Of a DNA stretch of 64,000 nt, positions 27,256 through 39,847 are shown piece by piece. Each line of letters starts with the position of its first letter. Position 1 is the first letter of the stretch. The translations under genes were made by a program, and so were the position numbers. This DNA comes from Takakia lepidozioides (taxonomy: Eukaryota > Plantae > Bryophyta). The notes beneath the pieces were generated by a model. It was not told the DNA's origin. It saw only the letters and a list, made by a program, of their open reading frames with translations, and ran no database searches. The DNA lies in contig CM060732.1 of assembly GCA_030704615.1 (NCBI GenBank), forward strand, positions 5,890,001 to 5,954,000. The letters are read 5' to 3'.

Positions 27256-27532
27256 CGGGCTGTTGATGAAGTCTTGGGGGGAGGGGTGGGCCGGTGGGCG
27301 CCTGTGGGCGACCTCCATACCTACATTTAAGGGCGCAGTTGCGCATTAATGTCCTCCGCCGTCTGTTTTGAACCGACGTTCCACACGGATCCAGCGCTTG
27401 CTTCCCGGATACGCCTTCGACACCTGATGTGACAGGTGGATGAAGTTCCATTCGAGGCATGTACGCACGCATTCTCGCGGGAGTTTTTCTTTACTTGACG
27501 TATGCCGCGTGGAGAAGGGCGTGGCTCTCTTG

Positions 27533-30500
27533 GGACAGCTACAGAAGTATATATAAGGGGAGTAGTGACCCCGAGAACGGTGCAAGCCCGTTGGTGACCA
27601 AAAACTAGTGAGTAAGCGAGCGAGCCGGAAAGCGACCAAGAGTGGGGAGCTATTCCGGACTGCCATCTACCAAAGGGAATTCTCCTAGTCCCAAATAGGT
27701 GGAGGTTTAGTGGGAAGCGAGGGGACCGTTTGTCCCGGTGAGCAGCCGAAGCTCCAAGTTGGCCCGGGGCGGCCAGGTGGGAGTCAGGCGCGCCGCATCA
27801 AAGCGAGTAACTATGACTTGAAGGGAGCTTACCGAAGTGAGGTGCGCGACACTTGGTATCAGAGCTTAGAGTTCAGTACGCGATCGTCCTCGGATTGGCC
27901 TCATCATGGGGTCGGGCAAGCCAAGCGAAAGCGGAACGGCCCAAAAGATGATGATCCTGGTGAGCCCGATGGGGGCGACGTGTCACCGAAGCGGCCGTTT
28001 GAGGAAGCGACGCAGGTTTCTGAAAGCGAGGCCGCTCAAGAGCGGGAGGAATCCGTGAGAGCTCCGACCGACCAACAGATGCCTCTCATGCCGGCAGCCT
28101 TTTGGGAAGGGTTGTTGGCGCAGTTTGGCGGACGTTGAAAGACGTGTTGAAGGCGGCTAATCCACTTCCACTAAGGAAAAGTTAAGGTGAAGCCTAAGGA
28201 ACCCGGCACCTTCGAGGGCGTCCGAAATCGGAAGGCACTCAACACCTGGCTCCTGGAGCTAGAGCAGTACTTTCGGGCGGCCAAGTTGAGTGACGAGGAT
28301 CGGGTGGAAGTGGCTCCCACCTATTTGAGGGCTATGCTTAACAATGGTGGCAGAAACGCCTTCACGACCGAGGCCCAAGCCCGGAAACCTTGAACTGGAG
28401 TGGGTTCAAGGAATTGATGAAGAGACAGTTTGTGCCCCTCAACGCGTCCTGGCTTGCCCGGGACAAGATGAGGAATTTGAAGCAAACAGATGACATTCGG
28501 GGGTATGTCCAGGCTTTCAATGTGCTGTTGCTCGAAGTCGCGGACATGGCAGAACCAGAAATGGTCTTCAACTTTGGGCGGGACTGGCCCCATGGGCCAG
28601 GCGGAAGTTGGAGGAGAAGCCACCCAAGACTTTGAATGAGGCAATTGAGAGGGCTGAATGTTTCTCGGATGTCCCTAGGGGTGAGAGACAAGGCCGTACG
28701 GAGCTGAACCACAAGAAGACCTGGCGGGAAGGTGACTCCTCCCGACCGGAAAAGAAGTGGGATAGGCTACGCGGCGACAATGGCACGTGGAAATCGAAGG
28801 GAGGGCCTTCACACGTCAAGGCGGCACCCGGTGCTTCAAAAGGAAAAGCGGGTGGAGCGGCTTATGGCGGACAGAAGGCGACCTTTGATGGAGTGTGTTT
28901 CAATTGCGGGGAGCCCCGGGCACATGGCCAAGAAGTGCACAAAACCTCGATAATTGAACATGACTCGGGCAACCACGGAGCTGTCGGAAGATACCATCAG
29001 TCGCTTGGTGGAAGCGGTGGTCGCCAGGACTTGCAAGGTAGGCAACTATTCTTGTGAGTTGTATCAGGAAACTGGCGCCCTGCGTAAAGGGAGTCAGTTA
29101 TTGTTCGTGGATGGGATAATATCCGGAACTAACGTGTCGTTGTTGGTGGACACAGGAGCGTCGCACTCCTTCATGACGCCGGCGGCGGCGCGAAAGTTGG
29201 GACTCCCAACAAGTGACGTGGGGGCCTCTATTGAGGTGCGTTCTGCCAAAGGAGAACCACAGTTGGCGACAAGGTTGGCGTTTGATGTTCCTCTTCAACT
29301 GGGGAGTTGGGAGGGACGTGAGAACTTCACCATCTGCGAGATTGATGGAGTGGATCTCATTTTGGGGATGACCTTTTGAGCAAATCCGGAGCGGTCATAG
29401 ATGGCCGCAAGAGAGTAGTCACGCTGCCATGTGGGAATGGTGGCGAGGTTTTACGAGTGTCGGAAACGCCCAAATCCGTGGGAGGGCGAATAAACCTTCT
29501 GTCAGCAAAGGAGTGGGCCGTGGAGGAGGCACACGAGCCCCAATTTTTGCTTTACATTAGAGAAGTGAAAGGAGAAGGCGATGGGGAGCCGAGCCCAGAT
29601 TGGATCAAGGGGATTTTGGAGAAATACCAGGATGTGATGCCGGAGCATTTATCAAGCGGCTTGCCACCACGAAGAGGAGTTGACCACAAGATTGAGGTGA
29701 TACCGGGATCGGAACCGCCTGCCAAGGCGCCCTACCAGTTGAGCCACAGAGAGTTGGTCGAGCTGAAGACTCAGCTCAAGGATCTAATGTCAAAGGGGTA
29801 CATCCGGCCGAGTAAGTCACCTTACGGAGCCCCGGTGCTATTTGCAGACAAGAAGGATGGGACGCTGCGGATGTGTGTCGATTACAGGGCTCTGAATAAG
29901 GTGACTATCAAAAACCGGTACCCTTTGCCAAGGATCGACGACCTCTTCGATCGGTTGGCAGGAGCGAAGTATTTCAGCCGGATCGACTTGCGCTCCGGCT
30001 ATCACCAAATTCGGGTGGCGGAAGGAGATGAGGAGAAGACCGCGTGCAGGACAAGGTATGGTTCATATGAGTTCTTGGTGATGCCTTTTGGGCTCACCAA
30101 TGCACCAGCAACATTTAGCACGCTGATGAACAGCCTTTTTCAGGAGTGGTTGGATGACTTTGTGATCGTGTACATCGACGACATCTTGGTGTACTCAAAA
30201 ACAAAGGAGGAGCACCTGGAGCACCTGAAAAGGGTGTTCCAAAAATTGCGAGAAGGGAAGCTATATGCCAAAGCTTCAAAGTGCGAATTCGGGGTCACAA
30301 AAGTGGAGTTCCTGGGGCATGTGATTACACAGGATGGGATCAAAATGGATGATAGAAAGGTGAGGGCGATCTTGGACTGGGAGCCTCCGACTTCGGTCCC
30401 GGGAGTGTGATCCTTCCTAGGACTCGCCTCCTATTACCAGAAGTATGTGAGAAATTTCGCCAAGATTGCGGGGCCGCTGTCAGACCTTCTGTGTAAATCT

Positions 30501-33500
30501 AAAGTCTGGGCATGGAACACCTTTTGTGGTCAAGCTTTTGCTGAATTGAAGCAGCGGATGGCGGAAGCTCCAGTCTTGAAAATCCCGGAGTTCGATTGTC
30601 CGTTCGAGATACATACAGATGCGTCGGACTTCGCGATTGGGGGTGTACTGATGCAAGATGGACGTCCAGTGGCTTACGAAAGTAAGAAACTGAATGAAGT
30701 GGAGCGACGATGGCCGACGCACGAGAAAGAGATGAAGGCGGTGGTGCATTGTCTTGAGCTTTGGCGCCACTATGTTGGTTCCAACCCAGTGAAGGTGTTC
30801 ACGGACAATGTCATGGTGAAGTATTTTGCCACGCAGCCCAAGTTGTCCCCAAAACAACTTAGGTGGCAAGATACTTTGGCGGTGTTCGACGTGGATATCC
30901 AGTACAAACCGGGACGAGACAACGTGGTGGCCGATGCTTTAAGTAGAAAGCAGCAGCTCTTGTTGGTGTACAAGGGCGAGACGGCGCTCCAAAGGAAGAT
31001 CCGGAAGGCTTGTCGGAAGGATGAGCTGGCAAAGTCCGCAATGCAAGACTTGAGGATGGGGGAAAAATCGCAGTTCCACTTGCAAAATGGACTGCTCCGG
31101 TATAAGCAAAAACGTCTCTACGTGCCGAAGGGAGGGATCATAGATAGCCTCTTGAGAGAATGCCATGATAGCCCGCTTGCGGGCCACTGCGGAGCCAAGC
31201 GCACTGCGTCACTCTTGAAGAAATAGTATTTTTGGCCCAAACTGAGGGAGGAGGCAGAGGAGTATGTCAAGACATGCACCACATGCCAACAAAACCGGAG
31301 CGAGTACAAAAAGCAAGCGGGGCTGTTACAACCCTTGCCGATTCCAGAGGGGACTTAGGAAAGCGTCTCGATGGATTTCATGACTGCTATGCCGCTGTCA
31401 AAAGGATTCGATGCAATCATGGTGGTGGTGGATAGGTTCAGTAAAATGGGCCATTTCATCCCCACCAAGGAGACGGCAACGGCGCAAGAGACAGGGCGAC
31501 TTTACTTCGCCCACGTCTTAAAACATCATGGAGTCCCGAAGGATATTGTCTCGGACCGCGATCCAAAGTTTACGAGTAAATTTTGGAGGACACTTTGGAA
31601 GAAGATGGGGACGGGGCTGAAGATGGGGACGAGGCTAAAGATGAGCACCGCCTTCCAACCTACGGCCAAACGGAAAGAGTGAATTCCGTAGTGAAGCAGA
31701 TGTTGCGGAATTACGTGTCGGCAGACCAATCAGACTGGGTGGAACGCTTAGACGCGGCAGAGTTCTGTTATAATAACACAGAACACTCCGCAACGGGAGT
31801 TTCCCCTTTCGTATTGGTCTATGGAAAAGCACCTCTGGTGCCGACAAGTTGGGCCGCCCAGGACGTTGAGGAACCGGCAGTAGCGGCGGTACTGGAAGAA
31901 CGCGAGCGTTTGTTGAAGCTCGCAAAGTATAATATTGCCAAAGCTAGGAAACGGTATGAAAGGCAGGCGAATCGGAAGCGGAGGGAAGTGAAGTTTGAGG
32001 CAGGCACAGAGGTCTGGTTGAACATCAAGAATTTCCGACTACCTCCGGAAGTGAGTCCGAAGTTTGTACCTCCGTATGCGGGACCCTTTCGCATTCGGAA
32101 GGTTATGAATGAGGATGTGTATGAATTGGAGCTGCTGACAAACAGCAAGGTGCACCCAGTATTCCATGACTCCCTTTTGAAGCCTTACTTCAAAGATGAA
32201 GCGCGTCCGAATCGGCATCAAGTGTTGCGTCCGCCACCTATGCTGTTGGATCATGAAAATGAACCTGAGTACGAGGTGGAGGCAATACTTAAGTCGAGGA
32301 GGTTCAAGAACCGAGAAACAGAGTATCTCGTCAAATGGAAGGGCTATCATCATGTGGAGGCATCTTGGGTGCGTGCCTCAGAAATGGGAAACGCATCCGA
32401 GGCGGTTGCAGCTTTCGAAGGGCGACCTCAAAAGCGGAAGAAGCGTTGATGGGGACATCAATCTTGGAGCGTGGGGGAGGAAATGCATGCTTAGCCCGGC
32501 TTAGCTAGCTTAGGAATCCGATTACAAAAACTTGTATTGTACAAAAATTTGTTATAAAGAAAATGGGTTCCAAATGTTGTGCGTCCTATTTTGTTTGGAA
32601 TGGTGATGCATGGTATGGTTGGCTACTGTGTAGAATGCATGCTAGCTTATAAAAATGGGAGAGGTAAATTGGGTTAATCGTGTGTTTGCGTAGTGCCAAA
32701 ATCGGGTGACCCCCATCCATGGGGCAAGGAAACTTGCGATTTCTTTGGGAGTTCACGTGCTAGTGCGCACCTGGCGCATGCGCGTACTATAACTGCGCTA
32801 CCGAGGGGCTTGCCTTGTAGTGCGGGCTAACGCGGAAGCTACGTGCTTCCGTTCACGTACTATAATCGTGTAGCCTCGGGACGAAGTCGTAGTGCGGCTT
32901 CGGCGTGTTCCCGTACCTCAGGCCAGCATTCCAAGGCGGACCCAATTGTAGTGATTGGGGCACACGGTTGGTTCAAGGTTATCTTCCTAGTCAAAGAGGG
33001 TTCCAGGAAACCCTTGCTCAAGGTGATGCCAAAAGCGACATCATGAGCGGTCGCAAGCAATGTTGTTGCAGTAAGGCGATTCGATCCTCGGGGAGGATCG
33101 TTCCTTGGCCTTGAAGTAGGCCAAGAAGAGTGCACTGGGAGGAGCTGGAGAGGCTCCACCCTTGGCCGGGACTTGGAGGAAGTCGGCCGAACTAGCTAGT
33201 GGAGAGTAGAGTCAAGTGTGGGGTTTGGTTCTTTGCCATGGGACGCCATGGTACGGAAACAAACTCCTTGATGTGGGACGCCACAACTTGGATGTTCGTT
33301 TCTACAAAATGGACAAGTCGATGAGGACATCGACTCCCTGTTGGTAGGGGTGTGTGTCGCGGCCCTTTGCCTTGAGGGCAAGGGGTCGGGACACATGAGG
33401 GGCTGCCCCTGTGGTGGGGGCAGCGGCAGCGATAGGTATGGGGGGGGGGCTGAAGCACCCTTGAGTGCCCAAGGCACTCAGGGAAGCGGAGGCGCTCACT

Positions 33501-34086
33501 AGGTGGAGCCCCGCACACCGGGTTGCGGGTGGGGTGGCTCCACAAGGGGTGGTGGTAGCTTAGCGGGACTTAGTGGGGGTGGCATAGGACTCACCATGGG
33601 GGCGGAGACCTCGTGGTGGGAGTCGTGGGGAGCCTTGGGACTCATCACGGTCCATAGGGGCCGTGGTGAGTGGGCCAAGACTCATCGCGACTTATCACTG
33701 GGAGTCGAGGGTTTTCGTGGTGGTTCGCCATAAAATGGCATGGCTGGTTGTGAAACCCCCGCGGACAGCTACAGAAGTATATATAAGGGGAGTAGTGACC
33801 CCGAGAACGGTGCAAACCCGTTGGTGACCAAAAACGAGTGAGTAAGCGAGCGAGCCGGAAAGCGACCAAAGAGTGGGGAGCTGTTCCGGACTGCCATCTA
33901 CCAAAGGGAATTCTCCTAGTCCCAAATAGGTGGAGGGTTTAGTGGGAACCAAAGGGGGACCGTTATGTCCCGGTGAGCAGCCGAAGCTCCAAGTTGGCCC
34001 GGGCGGCCAAGTTGGGAGTCAGGCGCGCGCATCAAAGCGAGTAACTATGACTTGAAGGGGAGCTTACCGAAGTGAGGTGCGCGACA
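27533..34086 (+). mobile_element. Ty3/Gypsy chromovirus copy 2 (same family as copy 1), 5' LTR truncated
   Basis: Partial 5' LTR 27533-27851; PBS TGGTATCAGAGC at 27854; 3' LTR 33355-34086 (TGTCGCG...CGCGACA). Confidence 0.93.
27906..32449 (+). pseudogene. gag-pol of Gypsy copy 2 with C-terminal chromodomain
   Basis: Zn knuckle CFNCG..GH..KKC, DTGAS, YIDD, RNase H, integrase, GPY/F motif and chromodomain. Several stops and frameshifts. Confidence 0.93.
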
Positions 34087-35148
34087 CGGAAGGCACATAT
34101 TCTGGAAATTCGGCGCTATTTTTCCAGTTCCGGGCCCAGTCATTTCTGGGACTTAGCCATTTTTGGACCCTGTACTAGAAAAATGGCGCCATTTTTCCAG
34201 TATAGGGTCCGAAAATGGCTAAGTCCTTGGGGCGGATGGCACATATTCTGGAAATTCGGCGCCATTTTTCCAATTCCGGGCCCAGTCAGATCTGGGACTT
34301 AGCCATTTTCGGACCCTGTACTGGAAAAATGGCGCCATTTTTCCAGTACAGGGTCCGAAAATGGCTAAGTCCCTGGGGCGGATGGCACATATTCTGGAAA
34401 TTCGGAGCCATTTTTCCAGTTCCGGGCCCAATCATTTCTGGGACTTAGCCATTTTTGGACCCTGTACTGGAAAAATGGTGCCATTTTTCCAGTACAGGGT
34501 CCGAAAATGGCTAAGTCCCTGGGGCGGATGGCACATATTCTGGAAATTCGGCGCCATTTTTCCAGTTCCGGGCCCAGTCAGTTCTGGGACTTAGCCATTT
34601 TCGGACCCTGTACTAGAAAAATGGCGCCATTTTTCCAGTACAGGGTCCGAAAATGGCTAAGTGCCTGGGGCGGATGGCACATATTCTGGAAATTCGGCGC
34701 CATTTTTCCAGTTCCGGGCCCAGTCATTTCTGGGACTTAGCCATTTTTGGACCCTGTACTGGAAAAATGGCGCCATTTTTCCAGTACAGAGTCCGAAAAT
34801 GGCTAAGTCCCTGGAGCGGATGGCACATATTCTGGAAATTCGGCGCCATTTTTCCAGTTCTGGGACTTAGCCATTTTCAGACCCTGTACTGGAAAAATGG
34901 CGCCATTTTTCCAGTACAGGGTCCGAAAATGGCTAAGTCCTTGGGGCGGATGGCACATAATTCGGCGCCATTTTTCCAGTTCCGGGCCCAGTCAGTTCTG
35001 GGACTTAGCCATTTTTCCAGTACAGGGTCCGAAAATGGCTAAGTCCCTGGGGCGGTTGGCACATATTCTGGAAATTCGGCGCCATTTTTCCATTTCCGGG
35101 CCCAGTCAGATCTGGGACTTAGCCATTTTCGGACCCAGTCTGGAAAAT
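34087..35148. repeat. Tandem array of ~8 x 146-bp units, each containing an ~80-bp near-perfect palindrome centred on GGCGCC
   Basis: Unit starts at 34092, 34238, 34384, 34530, 34676, 34822, then shorter units. Palindrome GGGACTTAGCCATTTTCGGACCCTGTACTGGAAAAATGGCGCCATTTTTCCAGTACAGGGTCCGAAAATGGCTAAGTCCC. Confidence 0.95.
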
Positions 35149-35181
35149 GGATGTGATTCTGTCTGTGTTTTTTGAATGCAG

Positions 35182-35979
35182 GTATTGTAAGTTCTCCCTG
35201 TTGGAGAAAGGTCATATGTCCTTCCAGCCGCCATTGTTCCTCGCATGGAGGAACCCTGGAGCTGACTCCATGTACACTGACGTTATCGTGAAGGAGTGGC
35301 ATTTGGAGCATTTGCGCGACTGCCCTTGGTATGTGGACCTTCCGCCCGGCTCCCTCGACTCATCCGAGTTCCAATTGAAGCTGGATGCGGAGGCCCGACC
35401 AAACCGAGCTCCGCTGCCTCCGCTGGGTCCAAAGGAGGCGAAAGCGCGTGTCAAGTCCAGGAAAGCGGCAGAGCTTGCTTAGGCAGGTATTCAGGAGAAA
35501 TTGAATGAGAAGAATAAAGGACAAATGAAAAGGACACGGAAACAGGGGAGTAAAGTAACCCCCAAAAAATAGAAAACCACCGGGGCACCAGAGGAGACGC
35601 AGGAGGGGCCCCAAGGGAGTGACTCCGACGACGACTTTGTGCAAGGTCCTGCGACTGCTGCTGCTACTACCAAGTCACCGGTCATCCGGGTTCCCACTCA
35701 CTTTGGACTGGGACTGGCTCTGCCAAGAAGTTGGCATTTGAGGGCGAGCCTACACGGCGGTATTCGGCGGTGACGTTTCCGCAAAGGCCAAAGTTAGAAT
35801 CCCCAACTATCATCCAATGCGTCAATGAGAGCTTTCTTGATGCTCTGGCTGCCAGGGCGAAGAAGGTGGCACACAGCAAGTCTCTGGAGGAGCTGAAGGG
35901 GAAAGCCAAGAAGAGGGCTGATGCTACAGAGCCTAAAGACACCCCTAGTTTGGAAGCCATGATGGAATTCTTCACGGCT
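35182..35979 (+). pseudogene. Decayed exon homologous to exon 62104-61498 of the MTase-like gene
   Basis: MYTDVIVKEWHLEHLRDCPWYVDLP ~ MYTAGIAKDWSRAHFQDCGWYLDLP; VNESFLDALAAR ~ LNESFLAMMESR. Same acceptor context (cag|G TAT) and donor context (FFTA|gtga vs FLTQ|gtga). Confidence 0.7.
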
Positions 35980-37603
35980 GTGAGCACGGATTGCAGATAG
36001 TAGAGTGTTTCTCCTTCATGTGGCATTCTGTGGTGGTATGGCCTTCATTCTGGCACTTTGCACACCATACACCCTTCCTCCAATGTGTTGCAGCCTCTGT
36101 GGCATACTTCTTCAAGATTTCTTCCAAATTTTTTTCATAGTTATCCCTCTTCAACTTCTCCTTTCTCTTACTCTTTCTTTTTAGTTCTTGCTCTTCTTCT
36201 TCATCTGACTCATCCTCAGAGTCCTCATCTTCTTTTTTCTCTCTCCTGAGCATTCCCAATTGCTCAATTCTGTTCGCAGTTTCAAATGCCTCCTCCACTG
36301 TGTTATGGGGTAACATATTCACTTTCTTTTGCAACTCTGGTCTTAGTCCACTCACAAACCAAGTCTTCTGTAACCCGGGTGCTGGTACTGCAGCCAGCTT
36401 TTTCATCATCAATTCCATCTTCTCCATATACTCTTCAACAGTTTCATGCTTCTTCTACTTCAGCTGTTGTAAACTTCCATACACTTCATCCTCAGTTTTA
36501 CTTGTCCTGAACCTATTTCGAAATGCTGTATTCAAGCCATTCCAGGTTAGGAAATGATTATCAGGGAATCTTGCATACCATTCACTTGCTTTCTTGATAA
36601 GTGAACAAGGAAACAGTCTCATCTTGGCATCATCGCCATTCTCATTGTTCACTATACACATGTGCTCAAATTGGCTAATGTGTACATCGGGATCCCCTTT
36701 TCCTGAATATATTGGAAAGGGTGGTTTTGCCCGTGTTGGTTGTAACGCCATCTGTGGCCCTACCTTCTGCCCACTGACAGGTGCTGGCACCCTTGCTGGT
36801 GCTGGTCTTTCTGGACCTGGTGTTTTTGTGGTGGATCTTCCACCAAGTGGTGGCCCTTGAGCACTCCTTGCTTCTGGCCCCACGATATTCACAGTATTCC
36901 CAGCTTCAGTTGCACTACTTCCCACACTCCCTGTCCCCCCATAGCCAGATCCAGGCAGCCCGCCTGATCCCCCTGAGCCGACACCTTTGTTGGCCTGTGA
37001 TCCAAGTGCTCCACTTGATCCAGGTCCAACGGGTTGGGATGTCCTGGTTGTAGTCTCAACCTCAGCTGTTGGGTCTACTTCTTCATATTCTTCCTCTTCT
37101 AATTTCTTCTCTCTGTTTTCATCCTCCAAGTTCTGCCCTTGGGTTTCTTCTTCACTCATGTAACTCAACTGTAATGGTGTTGGAGAGTCTGAACTCTCCG
37201 TTGGCTCTGCCACATCCTCTTCTCCTTTATCATCTTCTGCTTCAGAAACTGGAGTTCCTGCTTTTGGTGTTCCATGCCAACTCTTATCAAAGATTTCTGT
37301 CAAGTCTTTTATCCAAGGATGTACCTCAGATCTTTCACCTCGTGATTGATCTTCTTCCTGTACCAATTCCCTTAATCTTTCTTGCAAAGAAACAGAAGGA
37401 GTGGTATCCAACTCTTGTTCTTCCGGTATAGGTGATGCACTCTTTGATCTTGATGGTGTGAGAGGTCCAGATGATTCCCCTATGTCTATTCCTCTCTCCC
37501 AAAGATATGGATAATTAGCTTTCAGATAGCTTTCTCTTTTTGCTGAATATCTATGTCGTCTAGCTTCTCTTTCATCACTCATGTCCCATGTCTTTCATTT
37601 CTT

Positions 37604-38245
37604 TTAATGTGGCAATAACCAAAACTCTCTTCTGTAATATCTCTCGTATATGCCTGGGTTTCTTTCAAGCTTCAATGCTCCATTGGCTATACTTGAAGTC
37701 TCCGTTACCATATAACCATATAGCAAACAAGTCTGAAAAGCTGTTCTTGGTGTGAGTTTGATCCACAAAATATCCTTTGGAATCCAATTCTTTACCAGTA
37801 CAAGCTCTTCATGCATATGAGTATAAACATTCACCTTTCTTTCTTCCCAGCCTTCAAACTCTACTCGTTTAATGGATAGCAATGCTATCACATAAACCAA
37901 TGTTGGTAACCAACGTGCTCTTCCTCTACAGGCTACCTGATAAATCTTTATCTCTCCTTTCTCCAGACCCCATTCTGGATCAGCATCATGCACTCGTTCA
38001 AGAATATTTTCTTTACAACCGTCTGGCAATTCCAAGAACCTTTGAAAGAATTGTTTGGACAATCTTTCTTCCTTCGTTCCACAGGGAATTTGATTCACTT
38101 CAAATTCTTTAATGGTCCAACCACCATGATCCCACCAGATGCCTGTCACATCTGGTTGTTCATGTCCCAGGTCCCCAGTATGGTCGCCAAATGTCGCGCG
38201 GCTTTTACTCACCCATCCCTTCGCTATCCGAGGCGGAAACTCCAA
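37604..38245 (-). CDS. Uncharacterised 213-aa ORF immediately upstream of gag
   Basis: Uninterrupted ORF with protein-like composition ending ~20 bp before the gag ATG; no recognised domain. Confidence 0.45.
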   Translation of the reverse strand: MEFPPRIAKGWVSKSRATFGDHTGDLGHEQPDVTGIWWDHGGWTIKEFEVNQIPCGTKEERLSKQFFQRFLELPDGCKENILERVHDADPEWGLEKGEIKIYQVACRGRARWLPTLVYVIALLSIKRVEFEGWEERKVNVYTHMHEELVLVKNWIPKDILWIKLTPRTAFQTCLLYGYMVTETSSIANGALKLERNPGIYERYYRREFWLLPH

Positions 38246-38819
38246 GATAGAAGAGTTGGAAATCTCTAAGTACTCAGCCTACGCAGAACAATCAGTCATG
38301 ACCTACAACTAGTGTATCATGGGGGTGTTTCTTATTTGTTTCCCTTTCCGCATTCATCTTAACTACCTTACCATTGATAATTAAGTATCAATTTGCTTCA
38401 TCAATCTATCGGTTTCCTTCACTCATCCATTCAATCCACAGCTTCACTCAGATCTCTCTACACAGTGTGATTGTATCGTATAAGTATCAGATTATGATTT
38501 ATCAGGTATCAGGCCGAAGCCATTGTGTCTCTAATCTGCTCTACAATATCACTACAGCTTTGCATATAACAAGCATCTACTAATCCTCTTTCCTCCTTCA
38601 CCGTGCTCTCCATCTTTTGCTTCCGATCTCCGCTCCAGCCTGACTAAGAAGTCCTCCTCCGAATCATGATCCCCATCTTCCCCCGAAGTCCCCCTTTATC
38701 TTCCTATCCGCGGTTCTAACCGTTTTCCTCACTAACCGTCGTATGTGAACTAACATGTTCCCTTCGCAGGTGTTGTTCCCCACAGTCGTTCCCTGTCTTA
38801 CTCTTTGTTCCCTATGATC

Positions 38820-39150
38820 GTGACAGCTGTGTCAAGCTGTGACTGGCTGTGTGAAACTGTGACGGGCTGTGACTGGCTGTGCGAAACTGTGACGGGCTGT
38901 GACTGGCTGTGCGACTGTGTTTGGCTGTGTCGGGCTGTGACTGGCTGTGTGGCTGTGTGGCTGTGTCGGTTGTGTCTGCTGTGACGACTGTGACGGGCTG
39001 TGTTGGATGTGTCGGCTGTGACGACTGTGACGGGCTGTGTTGGCTGTGTCGGCTGTGACGACTGTGACGGGCTGTGTTGGCTGTGTCGACTGTGACGACT
39101 GTGACGGGCTGTGTTGGCTGTGTCGACTGTGACGACTGTGACGGGCTGTG
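38820..39150. repeat. Degenerate (GGCTGTG/TGTGAC)n microsatellite in the LTR
   Basis: Direct inspection; also present at about 47280-47495. Confidence 0.85.
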
Positions 39151-39847
39151 TAACCCCCCTCTACAGTGCGCTGCTGTCACCCCTAAGGCTCCTGTTGGTC
39201 TCAGTCTGTGCAAAAATTAAGGGTACCCTACAGATCCCGTATAAGTGTCTAAGTCCCCTACAGTCCTCTAACACCCACACAAAACTGACATGGCGCACAG
39301 TCAAGCATACAGGTGTGGGGGGGATCCAAATACAAAAAAAATCAAGACAGTAACTCCCCTACACCAAAAAAAACACTCCACAGTGTCGCTCCTGCAAGGA
39401 CACCCCAGCCCAAACCCGGACTGACTCTTGCCTCCACCTATGGAAATGTTTTGGCCTACAGGAGTAAGTGGAAGACTACGGGGAAGAGAGAGTAAAGCAA
39501 TTCCTAATCCCAGAATGCTCTCATCCCACTAGTCTCCCCCTATCTCTAAACGCTCTTGCTCATGACCAACAGACATAACTACCTTCTAGGGTCTCTCAAA
39601 TAACTCTCCAAGAGCCCTCAAGATGTCTCTCAAACAATCTCACTAAGGTCCCCAAAGCCTGCCAAATCTTGGCCCTCAAGGACCCCAAAAAGTCCTTCAG
39701 ACAAGTTGCCAAAGACTCCTTAAGCTCGCCAAATATTAGCCTCCAAGGACCCCAAAATAGTCCTCCAAATAGCCCTCCAAAGCTCCAAATGTTTGCCAAA
39801 TATTGGTCTTCAAGGACCCCAATAGTCCTCCAAACAGTCCTTGGCAA

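Larger units (their letters stand above)
22960..35990. mobile_element. MULE-family element A (terminus, transposase, palindrome arrays, exon of the MTase-like gene), interrupted by Gypsy copy 2 and truncated on the right
   Basis: Terminus GGTTAGCTATTTCATGAGC(ATGAGCGG..)n is shared with 42967. AATTCGGCGCC motifs recur from 23190 to 35100. Confidence 0.65.
35990..39273 (-). mobile_element. 5' part of an LTR retrotransposon (LTR with TGTGAC-type microsatellite, extra upstream ORF, gag)
   Basis: gag PFPIYSGKGDPDVHISQF...KASEWY (36455-37582) and CCHC knuckle CAKCQNEGHTTTEC. LTR start TGTTAG at 39273. Second copy at 46878-47617. Confidence 0.8.

Noticed and set aside
34072-35175. Repeated 77-aa ORFs
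   Set aside because: Products of the 146-bp satellite.
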